From: Haliotis rubra
Taxonomy: Eukaryota
Length of the DNA: 64,000 bases
Direction: 5' to 3'
NCBI RefSeq assembly: GCF_003918875.1
Contig: NW_025767451.1
Location: 186,001 to 250,000 of the forward strand
Shown: positions 38,131 through 53,000 of the stretch, one piece after another
Numbering within the stretch: the stretch's first letter is position 1
Layout of the letters: the number at the start of each line of letters is the position of its first letter
Program-made: the position numbers and the translations under genes
The notes under the pieces: model-generated
Databases searched by the model: none
The model's input: only the letters and a program-made list of their open reading frames with translations
Told to the model about the DNA's origin: nothing

Positions 38131-39302
38131 AAGCCACAGCAATACTGCATTAATTATATAGACACACACCGCCACCTACATGTATCTAGGTACGTTTGTA
38201 TTGTGTATGTCTAAATGAGATAAGGAAATTGTATCTCCTTTCACCGTTATATGTTTATGTACAAGGTATATCGTCTACATAATGCTTCTTAATTATACAT
38301 ATGTCCACCATGATTTACTTGGTTGTGTACATTAAGTGCAATATGGGTTAATCCTATGGCAGGAAATTTGTCATGGTAATGTGTATCTCATTTGTGATCA
38401 GCTGAGAAAGTGTGTGAGTGAGAGTATATCGACAGTTAGTTTGAATCAAGCACCCACTTGTTGATGCTGTACTGTTGATCATGCTCTGTTCATATTTCCT
38501 TCCATGTCCTGTTGATGGTGCTGTCATATAGAAACCATGGCATTATTCCATCCATGTGTCACATTTGTGTATTTTAGTCAGTGAATTGCCCAGCCCATAG
38601 GTTGTAAGTTGTATTGAGGTGCCAGGTGTTATGATATTTATCACTAAATCAGCCCAATGTCTTCCTGTGATCAATACTGTGTATATGGGGCCATGCTTTA
38701 ACGCCATGCATTGTTTTATTTGCCTGTACAATCACCAGCTGTATGCTGCATGTATTACTTAAGTGCAACAGGTGCTTTTACACACTGTAAGGTTTTAGTA
38801 CAACCTGTTCATATAAAGTATTGCATTTGAGCAGAGAGAACTGTGTTCACTGTTAAAGTCTGATCCTTATTGTAAGTGATATGTATTTTTGTTACTGTAA
38901 ACTATTTGTGTATTTGAAAATGTATGAGACTTCAAATGTTGTTGGGAAGCCTTCACTGCTACATATAAAATGTGACGATCGCTTGATGTTTGGTGTTGTT
39001 TGTTTATGTGTCTGATATATAAGGGGGCTGGGGTCATTCTGCGGTGGCTCAGTGTGATATACAGTCCAGACTTGTACTGATTGCGATCCTTGGTCTGATC
39101 GTTGGTCTGCACGTGGGTTTCACCAACATGCCCAGCAACCACCACATGGGTTCCTATGTTTAAACAGACATACCCTTGTAAAACTGAAATACTTAGCAAA
39201 GGCGCATTTAACCCAACACAACAATAACAGTCAAGAGTAGAAATAAAATAGCATGAAGTGGTTCCATGTGGTAGCCTGGTGATTCTAACGCTGGTTAAGA
39301 AC

Positions 39303-39881
39303 CAGAGGCGTGTTCAGAACCACGAGTGCCCGCGAACGCTAGCGAGCGCTCGATCCTGAACGCCTGTGCCTGCTCGAGCGCCCGCGAACCATTCTCACAG
39401 CTGCCTCGCCAAGCGAACCAAGATGGCGATCATGTTTAATGTCATTCGTCACCACTCGACCCTTTCCGTAACCTCCAAAAAGAAGACATGGAGAATATTT
39501 TGTTAATGTTGTCAAATAACATGTATATGTCATCGAGTGGTCTGAAAAAGTTGATATGTTCACGAGTTTGGTAACCATTGACAAAATTAACAAAATATTC
39601 TATTTATTATATTTTGATCATTGTTTATAAATGATCGAGACATCGATTTCGTAGTTCGCTTTTCGTAGTTCCAGGCAAAAGTGATATTCTACTCAGTGAA
39701 AATGACAATACCATTTTTATTTGCACCAATATTTACAGTATTTCACCCTTAAGAATATAATAAAGAAGCTATTCGGCTTGTCCCGGAACAACACGAGTTG
39801 GTCACGAATGGCTTATTGTAACCAAGCGCTCGCGTCCGTTCAGGGCCGATGTGAGCGTTCGCAGTTCTGAACACGCCTCTG
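39303..39881. mobile_element. MITE with CAGAGGCGTGTTCAGAAC TIRs (hAT-like termini)
   Basis: Perfect 18-bp inverted termini and subterminal GAGCG repeats; no clear TSD. Confidence 0.7.
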
Positions 39882-40040
39882 GTCCTGATTCCTACATGTG
39901 TTTTATATGTATACAGCCCACTCTCTGTCTTCACAGACGTTGAATGCCAGTATTCATGCTACAAACATCCAATCCATAAATCCATTCCTGTAAGTCCTCA
40001 TGATCTGAAACTACCCGCCAAATTACTATCTTCCTCAGTA

Positions 40041-40140
40041 CCTGTGAAGATCCGGCTTAGAATTGGTCTTCATCAACCCATGCTTGTAAGAGGCGACTAA
40101 CAGGATTGGGTGGTCAGGCTCGCACACTTGGTTGATTCCC
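40041..40140 (+). mobile_element. SINE fragment (second family)
   Basis: CCTGTGAAGATCCGG.TTAGAA...CCATGCTTGTAAGAGGCGACTAAC.GGAT.GGGTGGTCAGGCTCGC resembles a mollusc SINE core; recognised from memory only. Confidence 0.5.
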
Positions 40141-40480
40141 ATACTACCCACAGTTCCAAACTGCCTACAGGTTAAAACAACATGATACGGTCCAGTGATC
40201 AGGAAGTGAATACACCGATCTCACCTGTTCTACCCCTGCTAAAATGAACTTGACTAGTTAGCTAGTTAATGAACTGACCTATGACATGGATTTATCATGA
40301 AAAACTGATAAGTTTTACAGTCTTTCAGTGGTTTTACAGTCTTTCAGTGGTTTTACAGTCTTTTACTTGTTTCACAATTACACACAACTGGCAATCACTT
40401 GGCAAACTTGATGAGATGTCCAGCAGCATCAAGGTACTGAAGAGGCGTTTTTCTGCCACTCTGGAGGTGCTCCTTCAGTC

Positions 40481-41056
40481 TCAGAAGTCTCTGTAAACAC
40501 GCTTGCGTGACTTGGGAAGGACACCACAGTCGAGCTGGGCACGTTTAGCTTTGTCAATGACTTCGATTTTCTTGATGTTGGCGACGAAGAGGTAGATGTT
40601 TGGGTGGGCTTTGGCAATAAGGTTTTTCAGCTTCAGGTGCCACCCCTCGAGGTGGTTGTTGCCATACTGCGTCCAGATCCGTACTGGAAAACGTGTCTCA
40701 TAGTCCACCCATGTACTCGTGACGTAGTCGTTGAAGTTCCTGACCTTCTCTGACTCCGGACCTTCGTTCATGGCAGCAATCCAAGTGTCCTGCACCATGT
40801 CCCGTGGAAGTAGTGGAAGGGCAGCTGCTCTCCTGATATAGGCCTGCACCTGTGGGATGTCCTTGTAGTCGTTTGTCAGTCCTTTCTCAGCCACTTTTCG
40901 CCACACAGCCTGAGTGAAGTGGAAGAAGCATCCACGCACTTCACAATCCTCATAGATTTCCTCCACTGCCCTGATGGCTGACACCTCAAAGTGTATCTGG
41001 ATTTCACTAGGCGCAAGTTCAACCCCTACTTTGTCCCTAACAACACCATTCAACAA
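40481..41056 (-). mobile_element. MULE/Mutator transposase C-terminal fragment
   Basis: GCFFHFTQAVWRKV (CxxH) and NNHLEGWH..LK motifs. Confidence 0.85.
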
Positions 41057-41155
41057 CGTTAACTGCTTCCCAAAACAAAATAAAACAATATCATTGTACT
41101 TGTCTTGTAGTCTTTATTGGATGAGAAGACTCAAAACATACTATCCATAGAAGTA

Positions 41156-42410
41156 TACTGAGTCAAAAAAGAAACTTCACATTCTTTCTTCAGGGCACTA
41201 TAAAAGAACAAGAGATGGTAAGATGGTTAAATTGTTATTATTTCATTGCTGAGATCTGTGTGATGTACTCGATACACTGACAGTGCCATAATCAGTTCCA
41301 TTAGGCTACACCGCCGTTACAAAACATGGGTATACAGAATGTCAAGTCACAAGAATAAAAATGCGAAATTTCTCAGTTCAATATCATGTATGGCCGCCCC
41401 GCGCATTCACCACTGCCAAACACCGTCTCCTCATCGACTGCCTGATGCTTGTGAACACGTGGTTGGGCATTCTGCGCCATTGCTCTTGCAAGGCAGCGCC
41501 AAGTTCCTGCAAATTCTGAGGTTGGTTCCTAAGACCATGAAGCCTTCTCCCAAGTGCATCTCAAACGTGCTCTATTGGATTAAGGTCAGGGGACCTCGAT
41601 GGCCAGTCTATGACGTTGATTCCAGCGTTTTGAAGGAAATTTCGTGTCAACATCGCGGTATGCGGCCGAGCATTATCATGCTGGAGCTGTAGACCTGGGC
41701 CATGAGCTGCCATGAAAGGAACGAGTTCAGGGGTGAGCACCTGGTCGCGGTAAGCAGCAGCTGTGAGGTTTCCACGGATGACCAGAAGTCGGGAACGGTT
41801 GTTCCCACAGAAAGCACCCCACACCATGCAACTTCCGCCTCCGAATCTGTCGACTTCCTGTACACAACATTGGGCATACCGTTCACGACGTCGTCTCCAG
41901 ACTCTGTGCCTGCCGTCCGCGAATGTGAGGTTAAACCTGGATTCATCGCTAAAGACGACTCGATTCCAGTCTCTCTGGGTCCATCGGAGGTGACGTTTGG
42001 CCCACAGCAGACTTTGACGTTGATGAAACGGCGTCAATATTGGCCCACGATATGGACGTCGAGAATGGCGATTGGCAGCCCGCAACCGATTTCGAATGGT
42101 CTGTGAGGACAGTCGACCTCTAAACATCTCAGCCCTGGTTCGTGTAGCCGGCAGAAATCTGTCACGTAGGTGACGTAGGACGATTTGATCTGCTCGTCTT
42201 CTGCTCGTGACGTCACAGGTGGACGACCCGACCTTGGGCGATCGTTAGAACTGTGGAAGTGGTGCCAGTTTGTTGTAGACGACTGCCTCGCTAAGTCATA
42301 CACAGTACGACGGCTGCATCCATTATTTTTCTCATTTTTGCGACGTCAATAACTGATCTTCCAATATTTTTGTTGGCTTGCAACATGCCAACGGCACGTT
42401 CACGTTGATC
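41156..42410 (-). mobile_element. Tc1 DNA transposon, decayed
   Basis: RSGRP linker, FSDESRF, QHDNARPH and SPDLNPIEHV DDE motifs; TA-flanked terminus near 41156; frameshifts. Confidence 0.9.
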
Positions 42411-44516
42411 ACTGGATTTGACTCAATTTCGTGGCATTTAGCAGGAATAAGTGCGGCGTTAAACAAACAACAAACAATATTATCTTCATCAGCCGATTTA
42501 GAACTGTGGAATGTTTATCTAAAGTGCTTTTGTCTTTCGTAGTAATATGATCGTGTCTTTGTTGAGGCCAATGCAAACACGTGCATATGAAGTCAGTTTG
42601 CTGCCCAGCAGTGAAACCAACAAAGGAAACCTCTATATGGGGGGACAAGGGTGATTGCGTGTCGGGGTATAAGCCAACTGACAAGAATGTTTACTCATGG
42701 TTTTAACCACTGGTTGGTTTACCAGTCATCAATCATCATGTGCAGGCCATCTGATGTAGCAGGTGTATAAAATATGTGATTTGAACACGTGCATGTACTG
42801 ACCCTGGGTCGTTATGATTATTTTTACAGGCGATGCGTCACACGAGTGTGCGAAAAGCCTCACCGGCGGTCCCCGAATTACCCGGGTTATCAGTATTCGT
42901 ATGACAGGTACAGCTGTGTAGTTGTCCCCAGGTGGTAAACGTCCCCTGCTACCTTGAAGTATCCTCCCACATCAGGGTGACACTCCGTCAACTACAGCGG
43001 CGATAAAACAACTTGACTAACAAGGACGTACATGTATTCAGCTGTAAGTTCCGACATTCCTAACTGCTGTACAGTTAACATGGGGTTTTAAATCTGGCAT
43101 GACACCCTGCGACAAACCCTTCTTCACGTTACAGTTCTAGTTTCTCCTGTTGGAGACCGGCATCATGGACGTCTGTTCTACCCAGTGCTGAACATAGGTG
43201 CCTGTGTTATATTTGCTGAGATGTAGTTTTGACATAATGCATCCAAACTGCATTATTAATACATGTACAAATCAATAAACCGTTGTACCACAATCTAGGG
43301 AAGTAAGGAACAATTTCATTACTTCGTCCAGTTCAAGAACCACGGTGTAGACATGTAACGAATATTAACACGGAAAAACTGGACAAAGTTTTTACCAATA
43401 TTTTATAACGATATGCTTTATTGAAGCCTGGGATTATTACAGACTAACTGACCACGTTCCTCGATCTTAAAACTGCTAAGGGTCACATTGATAACAAACA
43501 TCGGACACAATCCAGGACCAGTATATCTAAAGCTAATAGGACCAAGGTGCATTACGTTTATCTGTCTTTATGGCTGTTTGTATTCCACGTTGGTCAAATC
43601 ATGTGCGTGCCACAAATACCTTGGTGGCATACTCGCGACTTGCCATCGATGCTTCGGTCCAACTAAATGACATAATCTCAAATTCACAATAACAACGTTA
43701 TCGTAAGTTTTATCTGTAAACTCGATTATCTGCGATAGCTAAAATAGGTATATATTACGGTGACAGTCACAAACCAGGGGGTGGCTGTCTAGTAAATTCA
43801 CTCAGGTCTCGGGTGTTGTGTGGGTTGGTTGTGCCACTGGTACCTCTGTTGAGCGAGTTGAAACTTCAGCTCGTTCTCAATAAGTGGCGGAGGACCAAAA
43901 GTGGCCACGGCGACACACCAACCCACACACATGGCAACACCGGACGCAGGACCCAGACGGCCCATCCACAGAAGGCCCAAGATTCAACCAAAGAACCGGG
44001 TGAAGCAGACGAGTCGAGCAGCCTGAAGATCCCACAAGCCAAAGCCCCAAGCCCCAACACTACAGGTATTCCTCCAGTCACTATCTGTGGGGGTCTCACT
44101 GTCTACACTGCCTACTTCGCAGTAAAGCACCTGGTATAGTAGTCGACATGATGGACGACAAAGCTAGCGTCACGGCGGCCGTCATCATGGATCACAGAAG
44201 CAGAAGCCTCGACAACCCGATCATCATCAAGATGTCATCCGGTAACCAACAATCAGGACATCATCGACGACTCCATCTCGAACCAACAATCATGTGAGTG
44301 AACCAACTTCCAAGATCAAGTCAACCGAGGCAAACGTCACGAATCATCGGCAAGTTTCTTACGATGTGTGTGACAATATCTGTGAACTTTGGTTCTGACT
44401 CTTACCGTGAACTGTGTACATATATACGTCGTTTCTCAAGGACGTTCTTGTTTATGTCAGGTATGTTGTAAATAAACTTACAGATCTACAAAAATAAACA
44501 AATTATACATACATGT

Positions 44517-45745
44517 GTACTCTCCCAAAAAGAAACGCATCATGAAAATAGCAATATCATGTAGCAATGAATTAAAACGTGATTCATTTTACAAAAGGTT
44601 TTGCTCTGTTTATGAGTCCTATGGTGTTTATGTTTTGAAACATCACAACAAAACGCACCATCCGTAAAATACCCGTATTTAACAGCATGATTTTCTATTT
44701 CAGCGTGTATTGTCACAGAATACACAATTCACATGCAATGTACGTGAAAGTTGGGGACCAGATAGTGATGGGTATAAAAGGTTGATCGCTGTCTGTCGAT
44801 TATTCATTGTATATGGAATATTGTTGACGAACGACGCATGAATGTTCACCAAAGCACCGGCAGAATGCGGTAGCAGATGCCCCTCGTAGTGGGCGACCTC
44901 AAGCGACCACTGCGGCGCAGGATCGCTACATCCGGGTACATCACCTGCGTCATCGAACAACTACGGCGACCAGTACCGCACGACAAATACGCGGATTGAG
45001 GAGACTTTCTGCACAGACCGCCAGGAACAGGTTGAGAGAGGCTGGTTTACGTGCCAGAAGACCTTATTTTGGCCCTGTGCTTCGACAACAACATTGTCGA
45101 CATCGAGTTCAATGGTGCACCAACGTTCAGGCCTGGAACCTACCGAATTGGCGTAGAATCTGGTTCAGTAATGAATCACGATTTCTATTGGAACGACGCG
45201 ATGGAAGAATGCGGGTGTACCGACGTCGACGTGAACGTTTCGACGACGCTTGCGTTCCCCAGGTGGACAGATTCGGCCGGGGTCAGTGTTATGATGTGGG
45301 GAACGATCACCTGCCGTAGGAGAAGTGATTTGGTGATGATCCAGGGCAACCTGACAGCTCAACGGTACTATGACGAAATCCTACGCCCTCACCTCCTTCC
45401 AATCATTGATCGCCAGAGGGAGTTGTTTCAACAGGACAATGCCAGGCCCCACACAGCACGTCACACTAGAGACTTCCTCCAGAACCACAACATCAATGTG
45501 CTCCCCTGGCCCTCAAGATCACCGGACTTGAACCCGATCGAACATCTGTGGGATGCCCTGGACAGACGGGTGCGACGCCGTAACCCTCAGCCCCAGACAC
45601 TTCAGCAACTCGCACAGGCACTACAGGCAGAGTGGGCTGCGATTGGGCAACACGAGATTCTGAGACTTATTCGTTCGATGCCGAGGCGATGCCGTGCAGT
45701 TCTGGATGCCCACGGTGGTCACACGAGGTGACTTCAGCGCCACCA
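44517..45745 (+). mobile_element. Tc1 DNA transposon, decayed and 3'-truncated
   Basis: FSNESRF, FQQDNARPH, SPDLNPIEHLW and GGHT motifs; left terminus TACTCTCCCAAAAAGAAACGCATC matches the one at 57500-57525. Confidence 0.9.
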
Positions 45746-46101
45746 CACGTCCGATTATGGACAGTATTGACACAAGACATATTATAAGAGCCCCATATAC
45801 ATGAACCATAATTCAAAATGGACCAAACCATTGTATCATACAGTTTAGTAAACGTAGCATATTCCATTCCACCAAGCAATTTGTATTTAGATATCAAAAG
45901 GCCAAGCGCCCTACTGGCCGAATTAGCTGTAGATATGGCCATCCTAGCGTAATCTAAATATTCTGTGAGAAGCAAACCTAAGTAACAGTAACTCTCCACA
46001 GTTTCTAAAACACACTCTCCACACATAAATATGGTACTTGTTTTTGGTACAGTCTGTGATCTAAAGTGAATCACTATAGATTTTGCACTGTTAATGGTCA
46101 T
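45746..46101 (-). mobile_element. LINE RT C-terminal fragment
   Basis: INSAKS...YCYLG...KLYDTMVWSILNYGSCIWG. Confidence 0.75.
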
Positions 46102-46259
46102 TCTGTTGCAAGTACCGCTAAGGCTACACTTATTGAACAGAGAAGCGTCACGATTTTAGCCTTCCCGTCCATGACCTATTCTACCTTTACTAAAACGAAC
46201 TTTTCTCATCATTTCATTAATGTGGGAATGCCAAAGGAGGTTTTGCTGTAAAGTAATGC

Positions 46260-47290
46260 CTAAATGCTTATGAATCTCATTTCATTTATACGGGTACCGT
46301 TCATCGAGAGGGGAGGTTTCTTTGAAGGTTTGGTTTTGCGTGAAAATTGAATAGTTTCAGTTTTGTTTGGATTAAATTTTACTTGCCAGGTTTCCGCCCA
46401 TTTAGATATTCTGTCTAAATCTGAGTTAAGAGTAAACGAACTCGTATGGGGATCGTCGATTATTACACAGAGTGATGTGTCGTCTGCGAAAAGATATATT
46501 ACTTTCGATTCCATCAACTATGTCGTTTATATATACTAAGAATAAAACGGGTCCAAGAACTGATCCTTGGGTCACTCCGGCCATTATCGGTTTTAATTCT
46601 GATTTGTAACCTTGAATAACTACTGTTTACATTCTATTTTGCAAATAACTTTCAAAACATTTCAATAACTTCCCATCTATCCCACATGATTTTAGTTTAT
46701 GGATAATCCCTTTGTGCCAAACTTTATCAAATGCCTTGCTTATATCGCAGAATACAGCTCTGACTTCTTTCCGCTGTCTATAGCTTTAGCAAAAAATTAT
46801 ACTAATGCGTGAGTTGGTAAGCTGTTGAATCTCCTGACATGAATATCCAGATTGTAAATTTGAGAGGCAATTGTTATCTCTCATGAAGTTAAAGACATAT
46901 TTGAATATACATTTTTCAAAAACCTTGGATAAACAAGATGTTAAGGCAACTGGTCTATAGTTAGAACAATCGTTAATATTACCTTTCTTGTGGATTGGTA
47001 TGACTGATGATTCTTTCCATATGTCTGGGAAAACTGATGTTTGAAGTGACTTGTTAAAAAGGTTAGTTAATGTTGGTGACAAGGAGGAGGATATCAAACG
47101 TAGGAAGCGGTTTCCAATACCATCTGGTCCAGTCGCTTTGGTAATGTTTAACGATGATAGAACATCTTCAACATCCTGCTTTGTAAGATATAAATTCCTC
47201 ATATATTTACTATTATTGTTTAAGGTCATATTTGGAAGATCCTTATTAGGGTCAGCGATTGGTGCCTTGTCATCAAAGTAATTCACAATG
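46260..47290 (-). mobile_element. CR1-like LINE RT fragment
   Basis: KATGPDGI, NYRPVALTS, DISKAFDKVWH, GVTQGSVLGP, LFADD, WQVKFNPNK. Confidence 0.88.
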
Positions 47291-48401
47291 TACTTCCACA
47301 AACGATACTGGTATTCCAACACCCAATCTTAACATTCCCAAACAACCAACACCAAGAAAGTCAGCAATTTCAACATGCCTCCAAAAGAAGACATTATTCA
47401 GGAAACGGAAAATAACCTTAAAATAACATTTTCTTTCAAAGAAACTAGAAACTCTTTATTCTTGTCTTGTTTTAAGAATTTAAGTTGTGGTGTCAACTCT
47501 GACGTATGAATAACCTCCCAGCAACCCAGTGTAAAATGCCATGTATAGAGGAAATCTGTTCTGTTTGAGTCTCCAACATGCGATGATGTAAACATGTTAT
47601 CTGACATGTGTTCTTGTTATATCATCACAGGGTAGATTAAAGGCAGCAGGGGGATAAGTGTTTTATCACTTCGGGAGAGATTTTGATGTGATACTTTCAG
47701 ACCCCCAATCTCAATCAGAACCAGTACACAAGCATACTATTTTCTAGCATACAGCCAATAACAGTTATTATCCCCATGAATGTGGTTTACTCCTCAGTGT
47801 CAAACATATAACCCATCAGGTTGGCATTCATAGCAGTTTCAGAATATACTGAAACAGCTGGAACTATGTTAAAACAAACAATAACAATACATGGTTTAAG
47901 AGGGCGATTCCCAGCACTAATTGCACATACACACACACTTAATATGAATCATGATTGTCCTGTTTTTGACCATGAACTTTATCTGTACTCAGAATTCGAG
48001 AATCCGACATCCTCGCTAATCCGACAATTTGCTGTGCAACGGACGATGTCGGATTAACGAGACTTGACTGTATATTTTTTAGCCACATATATCTTGAAAG
48101 ATTAGTTGTTAGGGCAATAGAATTACTCAAAACAGGTTCTTATCTTGAGTTTTCCACTGTGTTGTAATGCTTGTCTGACAACAAAATTAATCTGCAAAAC
48201 ATTTATTCAAAACTAATTTTATGGATTTGAAATTTGTGATTTATATTTTAGTACCTTAACTCTCTGTAGGGAGGGACCGCAGTGTTTCAATCATTCCATC
48301 ACTGAATGAAAACATTATTATACTCAAGCCTCTGTTCAAGAGTTCTCTCCCTTGATAAAAATAAATAACTACTTGCACTTCGAACTGAACCTGATAATGA
48401 G

Positions 48402-49510
48402 TAGGGCTGCAACGATTCACCCACACCTCGATTCGATTCGATTTTCGTTATTGGACCCTCGATTCGATCGAATCGATTCTTCATCGAAACATCAGACTTC
48501 ATGTAAAATCATCAAATTTCATTTATCTCTCCGAGTCGGCTTGTTTAGCGTGAAATCCATCGTCAACTTGGCGGGGTTATCTCCCATTTGACAGACACTG
48601 AACTAGAGGTTTAATCAGGGTAACACCTACGGGTATAATGGACACAACACCACTGTCTTGTGAGTAGAGCAGTGTGAGCCTAAAACAGGTTCGTTTCTGA
48701 GAAGTTTGATAGTGTGTAAATAGAACTTTGTTTTTCTTTCACGTGGAAATTTTAAATTATGCAACAGAGTCGCAATTTCTAATAGCTGAGGGAATATTAT
48801 TCCACATTTTAACTGCTGATGGAATATATGATGATGTTGAGTACTTCAGTCTTGTACATGGTTGACTCAAATTATTGGAGATAGCTTGTCCAGTTGCCTA
48901 CTGCAGGTGGGTGTAAATCCTAAAAAAACCCTGGTGTTGTGCTATTTAGTAGGAACGTTTTTTTTATCTTTTTTTTTATCATTGGTTCCCAAGATTAAAA
49001 TATTTCAGATATACAAAGCCGTGATACATACGGCTTAAAGTAATATGGTTACATGATGTACAGGTGTACAGGTAGTAGGAAATTTAGTTTTTGAAATGCT
49101 CAAATAAGTTTAGATGACTTTTAGACAGTGTTTTTGATATGATGCCGGAAGGTCCCGTTAGATGAGAAGGTTAAACCCAAATGTTTATGAAACTGTTTGT
49201 ACATTGCAGCAATCAAAGTTCATATTAATGTCTTTTCGGCCATCTTTTAAAGTAAATATTATAGCTCCAATTTGTTTCTTGTTTTTATTTGGACTATTCC
49301 ATTGCAATGTGTAGGTAACAGGCAGTAGCTAATCTGTTCATTGAACCGTAAATGTTTTAAGGCGCCTGCGAAGTGTGTGTGTGTGTAATGGGACGACACC
49401 CTTGGCGATGTCTACTAACAACAATTATCATTGGGTAATTAGCCCGCAGTTAACCAATCCCGTCTCGCATTATTTCAGCGCTCTGCTTTGTGTGTGTGTG
49501 TAGGCGTCGA

Positions 49511-49582
<72 letters not shown>

Positions 49583-49893
49583 TATACTATGGCCTAGTCC
49601 AGAATATACCCCGGGGGATAAACTAGCCCAGTTTAACCCCGGGTATAGTCTGGGACAGGGGCATACTCTGGCCTGTTACACCGCGCTTACACACGATTTG
49701 CTAAAGATCACCATGTTAGTTGAGCAAGCCCTCAATACTATCTAATTATAATGCTTTGCAACCTATCGGGCTTTCACGAACAACATTGGCTTGCTATGCG
49801 TCTGAATCGAAATAGTGATACTGGCTATCGAAAATCGAAACTAAGGTGTCAGCTTCGATTTTCGATGAATTGAACCGAATCGTTGCAGCCCTA
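48402..49893. mobile_element. Non-autonomous hAT element
   Basis: TIR TAGGGCTGCAACGATTC; perfect 8-bp TSD ATAATGAG (48394-48401, 49894-49901); a single ATAATGAG empty site in the paralog at 25444. Confidence 0.93.
49489..49581. repeat. (GT)n microsatellite
   Basis: Directly visible. Confidence 0.97.
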
Positions 49894-50077
49894 ATAATGA
49901 GCTTTGATACACACCATATGCATATGTGAATACAGTGTCCTTGACCCCTAACAATATGGAGACATTAGATGTGTAAGACTGTAAGAATTTGTAACAGGTT
50001 TTATTATCTGCTCATACAAATAACCACATGCATTCGCAGAGCGAAACTTCTGAATGAGAGACATGTGAAGGACAAGA

Positions 50078-53000
50078 CTATGCTATAGCTGCTTTTGCTG
50101 CTTCCAAAGCATCCTTGGCTTGTCCAAATTCCCCTCTCTCTGACAAATCACTGTCGTTTTGCTGTAAAGAAAAACAAAATGGCTCTTTGTTCAACACTAT
50201 AATCAAGAGCAATACTGTAATCCACTGTGGAGCACAGTGGTGTAGTGGTTAGCATGCTGGTCTTTCACGCTAAAGGCCCGGGTTCGAATCCCGGTGGAGA
50301 CACCAAACATTTGTGACCTGTGTCTCATACTGTGTTGTGTCCCTTGGCAAGGCACTCGACCAAATTGCACTCAGTCCACCCAGCTGTTTAAAATGGGTAC
50401 ATGAGAAACGGATGGACGGACCTGCTTAGTATAAGTTGGAGTCAGATCTAATCTCGACAAAACAAAATTCTCATTTCACAATTCTTTTCACGTGGAATCT
50501 CATTATAACTCAATTTTCAATCTTTCAATGTTGCCCCATGGAATGAACATAGTTGAATCACTGAAGTAGCCATGTGTTAAAATGTTTGCTCATCACGGCA
50601 AAGAGAAGGGTTCGATTCCCCAATTCTGGTGTCCCCTGCCATGATATTGTTAAAAGAGGTCTAAAACTAAAGTCACTCACATAGTTAAATCTTGGCAAAC
50701 AAGTTGTTGAAGGTGTGAGCAACACTGTAATTCACATGATTAATTGATACATCAATTATCACTATCAGGGAAACACCTGGCATTAGAACTGTGGCCAGAG
50801 GGTAAAGTTAGCAGAGGCCAATGGCATGGACAGGATTCCGGTGGCTACATCTGGGCAGGGTCATTGACCCCTTCAAACACACATGTCCCTCCCTTTTTGG
50901 ATAAAACGTATCCATGGCCTAAGTAACAGCGGCCCAAGAGTCTACATTTCTGAACAAAATGAGCTTCATAATGCAAAATATCCGACCAATATGAGCAATA
51001 AACCTACTGCAATAAACCTCACAGCAACTGTATACATTTGTACATCTGACGAAATATGAACTTCATAACACTTTGTGTCTGACCAATACTGTTCCATCAT
51101 ACTATATTTCTCATCAATAAATACTTGGAGCTATTCCTGAACTATATAAGGCTCCATAATGCTATGTAGCTGACTAATACTGTGCCATGACCCTATATTT
51201 GTCAACAATGCACGATCCATGATGCTGTAGTTTATAATATCAATATATAATCTGTGGCTAAATATTTTCAACACCAGGTCCATCATTTTAGTGCTACTGG
51301 GCCACTTATGTCATAACTATCTCAGTCATAATCATGATAACGAAGCTGTACGTTAATTCTAATGACTGTGTTATGGATGAACTCACAAGTATCTGCTCCA
51401 GCTCTTCGTACGCTGTCTTCAGCCTCTTCTTCGTGTCCGGGATCATCATACGGGACTCCTGCAGAACCTCAGTCTGTAACCATGGTAACAATCCAAGTCA
51501 CATACATCATGCTTGAGAAGGTACGGACTATTACCATTCCTTAACCTCACACATATCAATACAGTTATGGGACTTCAATACTGTCTGTAGCTTCTTTTAT
51601 AGGAAACGTTGCCACAAGCTGCATGGGACGTTTGTCTTCCATATGCACTAGGCTGTTGTGTTTGGGCGTTTGAATCAAACATGGCGCAGGTGTGTTTCAG
51701 CACCCTTGTTTTTCACTGTTTTTGACAATGTTTCATTTCACTCAAACTCAACGAATATTGAATGAGTTGCTTCACTGCATTTTCTAACATGTCGTTTAAA
51801 GTGACCATTAAGCACACAAAAAGTTGCATTTACCTTAGGGTATAAATGACCTCACCACGTTTAAGTTTATATATGACTATCAAATGTTAGGGTGTTCCCA
51901 TACTTTTTGTTTGTTGTATATAGTTGTCTGTTCATACGTATTAGGGGATAATACACTGATGTGAGGCAGGTAACTAACTATTTGAAATGATAGGGGCAAG
52001 CCAACCGCCCTGCAATATTTCACCTGTTTCCGGATATCATGCTCATCAGCTCCGTCATCCTTCAGCTTGTTGACCCGGGCCTCCAGCGTCTCCACCTCCT
52101 TCTCATACATCGACTTCTCTTTTGTCAGTCTGCCACAGAAACCACAGCATTAAGGTGTTATATACAACAACTCACACAACACAATGTGACATTTGCATTT
52201 GTGACAATGTTTTTGTTGGCTGTTGCTGTTTCTAGCAGGACGATGTGTTTGTCATGTTCTGTATGTATTAGGCAAACACTTAGTCTCTGAAAATATACGA
52301 TTGTGATGGAAATAAAGAACTGCATTTACTCTGGAAAGCAGCCGCAGTGAGGTTGATTGATTAAGATCTAGACTAGCTTCATTGAGAGCTCTTGCAGTAA
52401 CTACAGCTTGGTGGGATGAAAAAAATATGATCTAGGGACTAAGACTGACTACATATCCTAATAAAGTAGGCCTTTCTAAGCCATTCTGTTGAGAGCACTT
52501 CAATGTTGTGGTTTGTTGACTGTCTCCAGAGATTATTACTGGTGTTATACCTGTCAAATGCCTTTGCCTAAGTGTGACATTTTGGTTCAGTTTATCGAGA
52601 AGCGGTGGGTTGGGGCTGATATGGTTGGATAGCGTGTACCAACCCATATCTGTTATCACAATTAACAATTATAATTACTGATTTTGTTTGTTTCTCTTTC
52701 AGAAGTGGTAATTAATATCTGAATGCTTGGTAACAAAGGCAATCATTAAACTTGCAAAGCTTAAGAATACTAAAATTGTTTGTAAAGTAAAGTCAAAGAT
52801 AAACATTATGAACCATATTTATATTTCATCATTTTGATTCTAGATGGATGAGTCAGAGGTTGTATCGAGAGACAAGTCACCATGTCAACACTTTTTCGGC
52901 ATCTAATCGTAGAGAAACTGAAATTGAGTGACAAAAAGAGCATACGTTGAGTGTAAATGACAAGAAAATAGTTGTCATAACACTCTAAGAAACCATTGAA

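Noticed and set aside
49488-49745. CVCVCV ORF
   Set aside because: Translation of the (GT)n microsatellite.
50229-50305. tRNA-Glu gene
   Set aside because: Acceptor stem does not pair and the sequence runs into a CORE-like SINE body; absent from the paralogous site.
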